NCBI GenBank assembly: GCA_963769025.1
Contig: CAVYKI010000009.1
Coordinates: 608,001 to 672,000 of the forward strand
Origin: an uncultured Verrucomicrobiae bacterium
GTDB lineage: Bacteria; Verrucomicrobiota; Verrucomicrobiia; Chthoniobacterales; Chthoniobacteraceae
DNA length: 64,000 nucleotides
Direction: 5' to 3'
Of the stretch, positions 21,106-32,370 are shown one piece after another. Below the pieces are notes generated by a model, which was not told where the DNA came from, ran no database searches, and saw nothing but the letters and a program-made list of their open reading frames with translations. Within the stretch, counting starts at the first letter, position 1. Each line of letters begins with the position of its first letter. The position numbers and the translations under genes were made by a program.

Positions 21106-22764
21106 TCACGCGCCCCTGATGGCGGTACAGCCCGCGCCGGATGGGGAATCCGTCTGAATGCGCGCCAGGCTTTCGAGCGCCTTCATCACGGTGCTGGCGA
21201 GCGTTCCGTCTGTGCGGATTTTCGCGCACTGCGAGGCCGGCAGTTCGGCGGGCGGTTCGTAGAGATGGGTGAGGGCGGCGAAATCATCGAGCCGCGCGTC
21301 GGAGATTTCGTCGGACCTTCTTTCGCGGGCGCGGAGGCGCTTCTTCACAGTGGTGTTGCTTGCGTGCGCTTCGATGGTGCGCCAGCGGATGCCGTGCTTT
21401 TCGAGGCGGTTTGCGAGCAGTTTGCGATGCGCGGGACTGGCAAAGGTCGCGTCGAGAATGACGCTTTGCCCGGCTTTGATCTGCGCCGCGGCAGAGGCGA
21501 GCAGGTGTCCGTAGGTCTTCGCCGTCATCGCCGCCGAGTAGAGCCGCTTCCGTGCGGCGGCGCTGCTTCGCTCGTAGAGCGGGAATCCCGCCATCTTCTT
21601 GCGGACAGAATCCGAGGAAAAAACCTCCCAGCCGAGTTCGGCGCCAATCGCGTGCGCGAGCGTGCTTTTCCCGGAGGCGATGCGGCCCATCACGACGAGC
21701 ACGAGCGGTTCCGATCCGGATATGGCATATTGCAGGGCGAGCCGGAAATAGCGGCGCGCCCGTTCCGCGCTGGTATCGCGTTCCGCCTCGGGTGCGGCAT
21801 GCGCGACGCTGTGCAGACTCTCGACCTTGCCGCGGACATAGGCGCGGTAGCACTTGTAGAAATCCATCAGCCGCGGCATGCTGCGGTCGCCGAGCGCGGA
21901 CGCCATGCGTTTGGCGAAATGGCGGGAGAGATCGGGGCGGCCTTCGTAGTCCAGATCCATCGCGAGAAAGGCCGCGTCATTCGCCACATCGACGTAGCGG
22001 AAGCGATCGTTGAACTCGATGCAGTCGTAGATGTGCAGCGCGCGCGGAGCGACGTGGATGTGCTCCAGGTGCAGGTCGCCGTGACAATCGCGAATGCACC
22101 GATCCTTGATCCGTGATGCAAGGAGGCGCCGATTCCGCGAGTAGAAACGGCCCGTGAAAAAGCGGATCGTCTCGAATGCCCCGCGGGAGATCGTGTGGCC
22201 GATGAACTCGCGGGTCTGGCGGAAATTTTCGTCGGTGCTGATGCACAGCCGGTCGATGCGGCCCCACGACTCGATCTCCTCCGTCGGGTGCTGGGCTTCG
22301 TAAAACTTCTTCAGGACGCGCGCGATCCGGTTGAGAACCGCAGGGCCAATTTTCCCCCGCGCTACGAGCTGATCGAGAAAGCGCCCATCGGCGAGCTTGC
22401 GCATCCGCACCGCGTATTCCACCACCTTGCCTTCATCACCGAACGTGAAGCGCCCGTTGCGCACGGAGATGGGGACGGTGCCGAGGTAGACATCGGGGCA
22501 GAGCCGGCGGTTCAGCGTGACCTCGCGCTCGCAGAAGTGCCGCCGCTTCTCCAGTGTGGAGAAATTCAGGAAGCCAAAGTCCACCGGCTTCTTCACCTTG
22601 TAAACGAACGGCGGCGCGATGAACACGAACGACGCGTGAGTCTGCACGAGGCGCACGGTGCGCGGCCGGTGCGGATACGAGCGGGGATTCAGCAGGAAAG
22701 GGAGCAGCTTCTCCTGCGACTCGATTGCCTTCCGCGATTTTCCGCCTTGATTCGAATGGCTCAT
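21106..22764 (-). CDS. Bifunctional APH-like kinase / AAA_33 P-loop protein (Rv2004c-like)
   Basis: QTHAS, YKVKKPVDFGFLNFSTLEKR, DCHGDLHLEH, DCIEFNDRFR; Walker A GRIASGKST; ILDATF. Confidence 0.88.
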   Translation of the reverse strand: MSHSNQGGKSRKAIESQEKLLPFLLNPRSYPHRPRTVRLVQTHASFVFIAPPFVYKVKKPVDFGFLNFSTLEKRRHFCEREVTLNRRLCPDVYLGTVPISVRNGRFTFGDEGKVVEYAVRMRKLADGRFLDQLVARGKIGPAVLNRIARVLKKFYEAQHPTEEIESWGRIDRLCISTDENFRQTREFIGHTISRGAFETIRFFTGRFYSRNRRLLASRIKDRCIRDCHGDLHLEHIHVAPRALHIYDCIEFNDRFRYVDVANDAAFLAMDLDYEGRPDLSRHFAKRMASALGDRSMPRLMDFYKCYRAYVRGKVESLHSVAHAAPEAERDTSAERARRYFRLALQYAISGSEPLVLVVMGRIASGKSTLAHAIGAELGWEVFSSDSVRKKMAGFPLYERSSAAARKRLYSAAMTAKTYGHLLASAAAQIKAGQSVILDATFASPAHRKLLANRLEKHGIRWRTIEAHASNTTVKKRLRARERRSDEISDARLDDFAALTHLYEPPAELPASQCAKIRTDGTLASTVMKALESLARIQTDSPSGAGCTAIRGA

Positions 22765-22830
22765 GGGCGCAGTTCGCCGTCCCGCGCGCGTCCGCCGTCG
22801 GTGGCGGCTTTCCTACTGCGCGCCTTTGCC

Positions 22831-23235
22831 TCAGGCGCGCTCATGGGTCTTCACTTCCCCTCGCAACCGCGCCGCATAGTCCTGCAGTTGCCGACGGGCA
22901 CTCGCGAAGGCGTCGCGGATGGCCACGTAAACGTCCTTGTGCTCGGGCTGGAGTTCGCTGTGTTTCGCCACGGCAACGGCGTCATCGCGGCTGAGTGCGG
23001 CGCGCTGGGAAGGTTCGTGGCTCACGACGATTTCACGTCCGGGGACGGCGAGGTCGATGCGGAGGTGAAATGGCTCGCCGGACTTATGCTGCCGGTGCGG
23101 CGCTTCGACGATCACCCGGCAACTCGTGATCCGGGGAAAGAATTCCTCAAGCTTGGCCACCTCCTCGTGAACGCGCGCCGACACGGCGTCGGAGGAATCC
23201 ATGTTTCGATAAGTGATTTGAACGGGGGATTTCAT
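22831..23235 (-). CDS. HPF/RaiA (S30AE) family ribosome-associated protein
   Basis: MKSPVQITYRNMDSSDAV...KLEEFFPRITSCRVIVE...HKDVYVAIRDAFASARRQL. Confidence 0.85.
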   Translation of the reverse strand: MKSPVQITYRNMDSSDAVSARVHEEVAKLEEFFPRITSCRVIVEAPHRQHKSGEPFHLRIDLAVPGREIVVSHEPSQRAALSRDDAVAVAKHSELQPEHKDVYVAIRDAFASARRQLQDYAARLRGEVKTHERA

Positions 23236-23434
23236 ATCGTTTTGTTCGCATATTCGCCCCAGGCTCGCCGCGCTGCAATTGGCAAACGCAGCCCGTGTAT
23301 AGCATGTGGCTGGCAATATTGGCCGAGGTGTCTGAGCCGACGCGGCCGCTTTTGGCTGGTGCGCCGGACAAATGTTGAGTCCGGTCTGCTCCTCGCAGCG
23401 CTGAGTTGCTGCAATTCACCCCACCGCCAAAATC

Positions 23435-25689
23435 ATGCAACCCCATCGAAACCTGTTGCTCACAGTCAAACTCAAGCTCCGCCGGCTCCTGAATCTCGTT
23501 CCCGTGCTCATTGCCGCCTCGGCGGGCAATCACTCGTTTGCCGAGGACTGGGGACTCTACTCGATCAGCCCGTTCGGAGGGCCTGCGGTGGTGATGGAAG
23601 CCGTGAATTCCGGAACCGGGGAGGGCACGGTCGTCTCGCTCGGCAAGGCCGTGTCGGCGCCGAATCAGAAGTGGGTCATCAGCCCGAAGGGCGACAATCT
23701 CTACTCCATCAGGCCGTCGTACAGTTCCACGCTGGTCCTCTCGGTCGCAAAAGGCGGAGTGAAGAAAGGCACTGCCATTGTAATGGAAACGGACAGCGGA
23801 CAGCCGTGGCAATTGTGGGCGCTCACCAAGCAGGAGAATGGCAGCTACACGCTCACGCCGAAGCATGCACCGGACAAGGGGCTCGACGATTTCGGCGGCG
23901 ATACGAAACCCGGGGCGAAGCTGGACCTGTGGGAAAACAAGGCGGGTGACCGGCACCTCCAATGGTTCATCAAGCCTCTCGCTGGCAGTCCGCTTCCCGC
24001 CACTGGCGCAGCCGACGCCGCGGCCACAGGCTACGTCCCGCCTGCGATCAAGCCCGCGGACATCCTGCCGGGCACGACGAAACAGTTCACCTTTGCGCAG
24101 AGCAAAATTTTCCCCGGCACGGTGCGTGACGTCACCGTCTTCATCCCCGCGCAGTACGACGGCAAGAAGCCCGCATGCGTGTATGTGAAGACCGACGGCT
24201 TCAATCCGCGCGAAAAGACACTGCATGGAGACGATGATCGCGACGAAGGAAATGCCCGTGACGGTCGGCGTCTTCGTGCGGCCGGGCACGGTGCCCGCGC
24301 CGATGAAGGGCACGCTCGACCGGCGCAATCGCTGCTTCGAATACGACGGCATCAGCGACAACCACGTCCGCTTTCTCACCGAGGAACTGCTCCCGTTTGT
24401 CGCAAAGGAGTATCAGCTCAATCTCTCGACCGACGGCAACGACCGCTGCATCTCGGGCGGCAGCAGCGGCGGCATCGCGGCATTCACGGCGGCGTGGCAT
24501 CGGCCCGAGGCGTTCAGCCGCGTGTATGCGGCGAGCGGGAGCTGGGTCGCGTTTCGCGGCGGGCATGAGTTCCCGACGATGGTGCGGAAGTTCGAGGCAA
24601 AGCCGATCCGCGCCTTTCTCACGACCGCGACGCACGACATGGAGAACGCCGCGGGCGACTGGTTCCTGCTCGATCAGGAAATGGACAAGGCGCTGAAATT
24701 TTCCGGCTACGACTACCAGTTCCGCATCATCGATGGCCGCCACGTCGCGGGCTACATGGAGAACTGGCAGGAAGGCATGGCCTACCTCTGGCGGGGCTGG
24801 CCCGAGCGTCGTGAAGGCCGGTCCGAGCGCGCCGCGTGCGCAGGAAATCCTAATCCCCGGCGAGGACTGGCAGCTTGTCGCCGAGGGCTTCAAGAGCACG
24901 CGCGGCCCTGCGGGCAACGCCAGCGGCGAGGTATTCTTCGCCGACACCACGAACAACAGGATTCACCGCATCGGCCTCGATGGAAAAGTCACGGAGTTCG
25001 TCGCGGATGCCGGGGGTGCGCACTGCGTCACCGTCGGCGCGGATGGCACGCTCTACACCATCTCGGAAAAGAGCGGAAAGCTCATGAGCTACGACTCCGC
25101 GGGCACCGCGAAGACCGTGATGGACGGCATCCTCGGCCACTCGATCCTCGCCCGGCACGATGGCGGACTTTACGTGACGGACAACGACGACAAGAAGCCG
25201 AACAACGGCGGCAGCGTGTGGTTCATCAAGGATGGGAAAAAGACGCGCGTGGACGCGGGGCTGAAATTCGCCACCGGGATGGCGTCGCGCCCGGACCAGT
25301 GGCTGCTCTCGGTCGCCGAGGGGCATTCAAAATGGGTCTGCAGCTACCAGGTGAACGCCGACGGTTCGCTGACGAACAAGGAGCGCTTTTTTCCGCTGCA
25401 CGTCGACGACTGGGACGACGACGCAGGTGCGGAGTCGCTCTGCTATTCACTCGAAGGCCGCATGTTCGCCGCCACGCGCAGCGGCATTCAGATCACCGCC
25501 GACGACGGCCCCACGCAAATCATCCTGCCCGTGCCCGATCGGTCGCGCGTCACCGGCGTTTGCCTCGGCGGCAAGGATCAGGACACGCTCTTCGCGTTCT
25601 GCGGAAACAAAATCTGGAAACGCAAAGTGCAGCACCATGCGGCGGGCGCCTTCTCGCCTTGGACGAAAGTCACCGGGACGAAACTGTAG
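23435..25689 (+). CDS. Ricin-B lectin + esterase + SMP-30/gluconolactonase fusion, frameshifted near 24222 and 24810
   Basis: QxW repeats (NQKW, WQLW, HLQW); esterase SKIFPGTVRD, NRCFEYD, GGSSGG; propeller EGFKSTRGPA, GEVFFAD, GRMFAATRSGIQ. Confidence 0.8.
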
Positions 25690-25718
25690 CCTGCGCACGG
25701 TCATCGAATGACTTCCGG

Positions 25719-28700
25719 CTAATGGAAATCATGCGAGGCCGGGGTGGTCATTTGCTCGGCAAGCAACGGCAGAATCTCGCGGGCTTTGATGTGGATCACG
25801 CCGTCCACTTTTTGCAGGACACCGCGGATTTCCAGGAAGGTTTCCTCGGAGATGCGCAGGCGCAGTTGCTCGAAAAGCTCGGCTGAGACGATGGCGTTGG
25901 CGACGCCGGTTTCGTCTTCGAGGCTGATGAAGACGACGCCCTTCGCGGTGCCGGGGCGCTGACGGCAGATCACCATGCCGCCGATGGCGAGATACGTGCC
26001 GTTGCGCGTGCGGATTCCAGATCGCGCGCGCGCCACAGGTGCGGCACGCGCCCGCGAATGAGCGCCATGGGATGCGGGCCGGTGGTCAGCGTGGTGCCGG
26101 CGTAGTCGGCGTTCAGGCGCTCGAAGGGATTCATCGGCTGCAGCGGCAGCGGGGCGGAGGTCTCCGCGGCGGCAAAAAGATCGTCGGGATCGCGCGCGAC
26201 CTCCACCTGCCACTGCGCGGCGCGGCGATGCTCGCTCGAGTCCGTTGAGCGCGCCGATTTTTGCGAGCGAACGCACGGCGGCTTTCGGCAACGCGGTGCG
26301 AAGCTGGAAATCCACGAGCGATGTGAACGGTGCGGCATTCCGCTCGGCGACGATGCGCTCGCCATCCGTGTGCGTGAGGCCGCGCACGTAGCAGAGGCCG
26401 AGGCGGAGCGTGTCATCCGCGCCGACGGTGCAAAGCCAGTCGCTCTCGATGCACATTCACCGGACGGATGCGCACGCCGTGGCGCTTCGCGTCCTTCACG
26501 AGCGTCGCGGCGGAGTAGAAGCCCATCGGCTGGTTGTTGAGCAGGCCGGCGTAGAACTCCGGCGCGCGATGCACCTTCATCCAGCAGCTCGCATAGGCGA
26601 TGAGCGCGAAGGAAATCGCGTGCGATTCCGGGAAGCCGTACACGGCGAAGGACTGCACCGACTGCGACGATGCGATCGGCGATTTCCGGCGGCACGGCCG
26701 TTGCGCGCCATGCCGGCGCGCAGCTTCACGCACACTTTTTCCATGCGTTCCTGCGAGCGGTGGAAGCTCAGGGCGCGGCGCAATTCCTCCGCTTCGCTGC
26801 CGGTGAAACTCGCCATCACCATCGCGATCTTCAGCAGTTGCTCCTGAAAAAGCGGGACGCCGAGCGTGCGCTCCAGGACGGGCTCGCAGGCGTCGTCGAT
26901 GAACTCGACCGCTTCCTCGCCGCGCGCGCCGCGCGAGGTAGGGATGCAGCATGTTCGCCCTGAATCGGGCCGGGGCGGATGATGCGCGACCTCGACGACC
27001 ACATCGTAAAACTCGCGCGGCTGCATGCGCGGCAGCGTGGCCATCTGCGCGCGGCTCTCGACCTGGAACGTGCCGATGGTGTCGGCGCGGCAGAGCAGAT
27101 CGTAAGTCGCCGCGTCGTCCTTCGGGATCGTCGCGAGGTCCACCGGGCGCCCGCGCGCCTGCGCACATCTCGATCGAGTCCTGCATCGCGGCCATCATGC
27201 CGAGGCCGAGCAGGTCCACCTTGATGATGCCGAGGTCCTCGCAGTCGTCCTTGTCCCACTGCGCGACGACGCGGCCGGGCATGGAGGCATTTTCCAGCGG
27301 CATGACGCTGCTGAGCTGGCCCTTCGCAAATGATCATGCCGCCGCTGTGCTGCCCGAGGTGGCGCGGCAGTCCGTAGATGCGCTGGTAAAGCTCGACGGC
27401 GGCCGCGCGCGCGCGGGTGCGCCTGCGAGATGCCGGCCTGCGCGAGCTGCGCCTCGCAGTTCCAGCGTGTGCGGAAAATCGCCGTGGCCGAAGAGGTGCG
27501 AGAAGCGGTCGAGGACGTCGGGCGGAAAGTTGAGCGCCTTGCCGATTTCGCGCATCGCGCTGCGCCCGCGATAGGTGATGACGTTCGCGGTCATCGCCGC
27601 GCCGTGTTTGCCGTAGCGCCGATAGACTTCCTGGATGACGCGCTCGCGCCGGTCGCCGCTCGGCAGGTCGAGATCGATGTCGGGCCACGACGTGCGGCCC
27701 TCGCAGAGGAAACGCTCGAAGAGCAGTTTGCACGCGATGGGATCGCAGGCGGTGATGCCGAGCGAGTAGCAGACGACGCTGTTCGCCGCGGAGCCGCGGC
27801 CCTGCACGAGGATGCCCTCCGCTGTTGCAGAAATTCACGAGATCCCAGACGATGAGAAAGTATCCGCTGAAGCCGAGCCGCGCGATGAGGTCGAGTTCGT
27901 GATCGAGCTGTGCGCGCTCCGCCGGGCCGGGATGTCGCGTAGCGCCCGCGCGCGCCGTCGAGCGTCACCTTGCGGAGAAAGGAATCCATCGTCTCGCCCT
28001 GCGGCACGCGATACTTCGGAAATTCGTAGCCGAGGTTTTCGCAGCGAGAAGTCGAGGCGCTCCGCGAGGCGCACGGTGTTCGTCGACCGCTTCGGGCGTG
28101 TCGGCGAAAGAGCCGCGCCATGCGCGCGCGCTGGTTTGAGATGCCGCTCATCGTTGTGCGCGAGCAGGCGTCCGGCGGCGTCGAGGTGCGTGTGGTTCCG
28201 CGCGCAGGTGAAGACATCGAGCACGGCGCGCTCGTCGCGGTGTCGCGTAGAGCACGCCATTCGTCGCGAGCAGCGGGAGCTCTGTGGCGGCGGCGAGATC
28301 GCACAGCGCATCGTTTTCGCGCTCTTCGCCGCGGCGAAGGTGGCGCTGGATTTCCACGAAGACATTTTCCCGGCCGAAGATCGACGCCGAGTCGTTCGGT
28401 GGTCGCGAGCGCGCCGGCTTTGTCGTCGCGTGCGAGCGCGCGGCGCACCGGGCCTTCTTCGTCGCCCGTCAGCGCGACGAGGCCGGTCGCAAATTCCGCC
28501 AGTTCGTCCATGCGCACGGGTGCGTGAGTTTTCGTGCCGCGCAGTTTCGCGCGCGTGATGAGCTGGCAGAGGTTTTGGTAGCCGGCGCGGCTTGCGACGA
28601 GCACGGGCAGCACGCTGCCGTCGTCCATCGTCAGTTCCGCGCCGACGATGGGGCGGATGCCGTGCTCTTTTGCCGCCGAGTGGAAGCGCGCCGCGCCATA

Positions 28701-28832
28701 GACGCCTTCGCGGTCGCACAGCGCCACGGCGGGCAGGTCCAGCTCCGCCGCGCGGGCCGCGAGGCTCTCGGGGCGCGAGGCGCCGCGCAGAAAACTGCAC
28801 GCGCTGCGGGCATGGAGTTCGACGTATTCCAT
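25719..28832 (-). CDS. dnaE2: Error-prone DNA polymerase DnaE2 (ImuC), multiple frameshifts
   Basis: YVELHARSACSFLRGAS (PHP), GRGSAANS, WPDIDLD, PRHLGQHSGG, QWDKDD, FQVESRAQM, YGFPESHA, LLNNQPMGFY, RQRPGTAKG, C-terminal SHDFH. Confidence 0.93.
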
Positions 28833-28834
28833 GT

Positions 28835-30352
28835 TCACATTCCCGCTGGACGCATCGCGATGAGCGGCGCGCCGGTTTGATTTTTCGGCAATGGCTCGTC
28901 GTAGCTGCCTTCGATGCGCCATTCGTGCCGCACGCGCGCGAGGCGGTAGAGTCCGCCGTCCTCCATTTCCACGTCCCATTCCTCCGTGCCCCAGCGGTCG
29001 GATTCCCACCAGCCGCCAGACGCGCGATAAGGGCCGAGCACCGCGCGGATCGCTCCGCGCACTTTGGCGGATTCGAGATGAGCCGGATGATGCCCCAGCA
29101 TGCGCACGGTCGCGGTGAGCGGCGGACGCCAGCGGCGCAGCGCCAGGCCGGTGGCGAAGTCATCGGCGGGCGTCGTCGTGCTCGATAGTTCGTGAAAGCG
29201 CGGGGGGCGCAGGCGGATGCTGTCGGGGCGGTGGGTGTCGAGGACTTCGATGACGCCGACATTTTCCGCGCCGACCAATGCGGCGAGGCGGCCCAGCGTT
29301 TCGCCGAAGCGATTCGGGTCGCGGAGCGGGGTCTCGAAAAGCTGGAACTGCTGCCGCTCCGCGCGCGTCGGCGTGATGCACAGGCGCGCGCCGGTCGCGC
29401 AGTGATCGAGATGCAGGCCGTCGAGGTGCGTGTGGAGGATGCGGAAGAGCACGTCCACGTCGGCGGTGGGCGAGGGGACCGTGAACGCGCGCTCGTAGGC
29501 GCCGCCGTTTGCCAGCAGCAGCGTGAGCGTCATCTGCCCGGCGACGCGGTAGGCGTTGGCGAGGCGGAGCGTGAGTTGATCGAGGAAGCGGCGCAGGAGA
29601 AAAAGCAGCGGCTCGGCGGTGTCGATCTCGCGCTCGAAATCGAGGGCTTCGGAAAATTCCTCGGCGGTCCGTACGAGGCGCAACGGGCGCTCGGTCTGGC
29701 CGGCGGCGCGTTCCCACAGGCGGCCGGCTTCGGGACCGAGGCGATCCATCAGGTCGCCGCGCGGCAGGCTGGTGAGTTGCGCGAGATTGTGGATTCCCCA
29801 GTCGCGCAGCACGGCGAGCAGCTCCGGCGCGGGATCGAGTTCGTGCAAGGCGAGGTCGGAGAGGAAGGCCGCGGGGGATTGCACCACGAGCACGGGTCGC
29901 GCGCGGCGCGCGGCGAGAAAGGCGAGGTCGGGATTCGGGCCGATGCCGACCTGCGCGCGCAGCCGCAGCGATGCGAGGCCCGCCACGACGCTTGCGCCGA
30001 GCGACTGCCAGTCGGTCACGCTTGAGCCTTGCAGGTTCACGGTGCAAAAGCCGTCCGCCGTCGCCTCGATTTGCGGCGAGAGCGTCGCGGCGATTTCGAG
30101 CAGCGCGGCCTGTGCGCTACTTTCCTCCGCTGGCGAACGCGAGAGGAATGCCAGCCCGGCGCAGCGCGCGAGGGCCTGAGGCACGGTCTGCCCGGGCGTC
30201 ACGCCTGCGAGCGCGGCGGCTCCGGTCATTTCGAGCACGCCCGCCTTTGGCACCTGCGCGTCGGTGAGCGCCACGGGCTGCGCGTGCATTTCCTCGCGGA
30301 AACGCAACGCCGCCTGGAGACGGAAATCTGGCAGGAGAATCACCGCAAACAT
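28835..30352 (-). CDS. imuB: ImuB, Y-family polymerase-like accessory protein
   Basis: Y-family-like N-terminus (AALAGVTPGQTVPQALARC), DTHRPD, GPYRASGGWW C-terminal motif; between imuA and dnaE2. Confidence 0.88.
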   Translation of the reverse strand: MFAVILLPDFRLQAALRFREEMHAQPVALTDAQVPKAGVLEMTGAAALAGVTPGQTVPQALARCAGLAFLSRSPAEESSAQAALLEIAATLSPQIEATADGFCTVNLQGSSVTDWQSLGASVVAGLASLRLRAQVGIGPNPDLAFLAARRARPVLVVQSPAAFLSDLALHELDPAPELLAVLRDWGIHNLAQLTSLPRGDLMDRLGPEAGRLWERAAGQTERPLRLVRTAEEFSEALDFEREIDTAEPLLFLLRRFLDQLTLRLANAYRVAGQMTLTLLLANGGAYERAFTVPSPTADVDVLFRILHTHLDGLHLDHCATGARLCITPTRAERQQFQLFETPLRDPNRFGETLGRLAALVGAENVGVIEVLDTHRPDSIRLRPPRFHELSSTTTPADDFATGLALRRWRPPLTATVRMLGHHPAHLESAKVRGAIRAVLGPYRASGGWWESDRWGTEEWDVEMEDGGLYRLARVRHEWRIEGSYDEPLPKNQTGAPLIAMRPAGM

Positions 30353-30361
30353 GGTGCATCC

Positions 30362-31021
30362 TCATGCGATCGCGGATTCGCATTCGCCTTCCAAAACCGG
30401 CGCATGACGGCCGGCCGTGCGCCTGGGAAAGACGCGCCACGATGCCGCCGCGATGAGTTCGCGCTGCCAGCGGTGTTGTGCGGCGAGCGTCCAGGCTGCA
30501 CCGGCGGTGATGCGCACCTGCGCGGCTTCCACCATCGGCTGCGGCGTGAGCACCACGAGGGCGGCGGTTGTCTGCTCCGCGATTCGTTGCAGACGGTGCC
30601 ATGTGTTGGCCGGGATGCGTTGAAGCTGGCGCAGGGGCGCGGCTTGGAGGTCGAGCATGACGAGCGCGAGGTTGCCGTCGCGGAGCAGCAGGTCCGTCGC
30701 CTTCACGGCCTGCATGGCGTCCCCGCAGAAGACGACGAGCAGGCGTGCGAGCGCGGACGAGTTTTCCGGATCGAAAGTGCGCGCGGCATCCACCAAGGCT
30801 GCGAAGCAATGCTCGCGGCACAGCGCGCGCAGCATCGCGCGGATGAACAGCGCGCCGGCACCCGATGCGGTGGAAAGCTCCGTGAGCGCTGCGCGGCGCA
30901 GGCCGCCTTCCGTTGCGTCCAGATCGGCGAGGCCGGTGGGCAGGATGCCGCCGGGCCTTTGCGCCATCGCGGGGAATTTTTCCGCGAGCAAGCGACGCAG
31001 GTCGGCGAGGCGTTCGCCCAT
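30362..31021 (-). CDS. imuA: ImuA, RecA/SulA-like accessory protein (alt start 31054)
   Basis: LPTGLADLD..GGLRRAALTEL, ALVDAARTFDP, ATDLLLRDGNLALVMLD. Confidence 0.85.
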   Translation of the reverse strand: MGERLADLRRLLAEKFPAMAQRPGGILPTGLADLDATEGGLRRAALTELSTASGAGALFIRAMLRALCREHCFAALVDAARTFDPENSSALARLLVVFCGDAMQAVKATDLLLRDGNLALVMLDLQAAPLRQLQRIPANTWHRLQRIAEQTTAALVVLTPQPMVEAAQVRITAGAAWTLAAQHRWQRELIAAASWRVFPRRTAGRHAPVLEGECESAIA

Positions 31022-31034
31022 CGGCGGCGGCGAA

Positions 31035-31685
31035 TCAGGACTGCTTGCCGACATGACGCACGACTCCTTTCAGCAACCCGGCGAAATGCACCTGCTCCGC
31101 GGGCATGAGGATGTCCTTGAAGGCCGGATTCGACGCCTTCAGGCGCACGCGTTTGCCTTCGTAAAAAACGCGTTTCAGCGTGGCCTCGCGATCGTCGCCG
31201 ACGCACACCGCGGCGATTGCGCCGTGCGGCACCTTTGCATCCGGACGCAGCAGCACGAAATCGCCATCGAGGATGCCGTCGCCGGTCATCGAGTCGCCGC
31301 GCACGCGGAGGAGAAAATCATCGCGCCGGTGCGGCAGGATTTCATGCGCGTCGAGGACCGTGTCGGCCTGCGCGACGGCTTCCGAGAGCGGGCCGGCGGG
31401 GATCGTTCCGAGCAGGGGCAGGCCGCCGATGCCGAGCACGTGGCGGCCTTTTGCGGTGAGCCGCACGAGCCTCGAACGCCCCGGCACGCCGCCGCCCTGA
31501 ATCTCCACGAAGCCGCCGCGCTCCATTTTTTGCAGGGTCGGCGCGAGGCTGCTCTCGCCGGCCAGGCGCAGCGCCTTTGCCAGGTCCGGCACGAAGGCGG
31601 GGCGCTCCTTGCGCGCAAAGTCGGCCAGCGCGAGAGCGACGCGCTGCTGGACTGCGGTGAGGTCGGTGCTGATGGGTCGTGCCAT
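31035..31685 (-). CDS. lexA: LexA repressor (S24 peptidase + winged HTH)
   Basis: ATG 31685 MARPISTD; cleavage site LPLLGTIPAGP, catalytic GDSM and TLKR; heads the imuA-imuB-dnaE2 cassette. Confidence 0.88.
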   Translation of the reverse strand: MARPISTDLTAVQQRVALALADFARKERPAFVPDLAKALRLAGESSLAPTLQKMERGGFVEIQGGGVPGRSRLVRLTAKGRHVLGIGGLPLLGTIPAGPLSEAVAQADTVLDAHEILPHRRDDFLLRVRGDSMTGDGILDGDFVLLRPDAKVPHGAIAAVCVGDDREATLKRVFYEGKRVRLKASNPAFKDILMPAEQVHFAGLLKGVVRHVGKQS

Positions 31686-31722
31686 TCCATCGTGCAATAG
31701 CACGATGGAAAGAAGACGGCAA
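31685..31722 (-). promoter_or_regulatory. Putative lexA promoter overlapped by a perfect palindromic operator
   Basis: TTCCATCGTGC-AATA-GCACGATGGAA at 31685-31710; minus strand TTGCCG (31722-31717) N17 TATTGC (31699-31694). Confidence 0.7.
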
Positions 31723-32370
31723 GTTTCATCCCTCCGGCGGGGAGACCACGGGCATGATTTTAAGCGAGTCCGAAACTTAAGAGCCGGCAAGCCGGTCCGC
31801 GTCGCCCCAAAGCCGGTCGCCGTTTCGGCAAGCTCAAGCTCCCCGAGCCCAGCCGAAGGGAAAGCCAGCGACAAGGCAGTCCGTCGCGCAGTTTACGATT
31901 CGATCGCAAGCCTGGTTGAAAAATTGCGATCTCATCCTAGAATTTGGGTGTTCGCCCCAAAATGGTCCCCCGTTTTCCACAGACCGAGGCGCTTTTGTGC
32001 GTCGCGCCCCAGCTTTCGGGAATCAGCTCGTGCAGTGCGCAGAGCATCGTATTGCAAAGGGCAGCTCCGCGCATGCCCGGTGGAAGCAAGCCGCCGGTGG
32101 AAGCCGACGGAGTTGCATCCTACTTCAGCGGAACGAATCCAGAAGCAGCGGAGACGCGTCTTTTCAACGTGATAAAGTATAATAGTAATAAAAAACGGCG
32201 TTTTCTGCTTTTTCACATTGACTTGGCATCTCACAAATGAGAATAATGTGACCTTCGACGATTCAAGGCCAAGACCCCGTCGCCATTTTTCTTTCCGTCA
32301 TATTCTGAACCCCAACTTCTCCAGTAAGGGCATCGTCCTTCCAACAAAAACGAACGCGTCGCAAAACACC

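Noticed and set aside
25719..28832. dnaE2 as a true pseudogene or programmed-frameshift gene
   Set aside because: All catalytic motifs are present and similar indels hit glnS; sequencing error is more parsimonious.
32214..32251. TTGACT...AATAAT promoter-like sequence with TCTCA-N4-TGAGA dyad, vaguely Fur-box-like
   Set aside because: Short dyad in an AT-rich stretch; too weak to assign a regulator.
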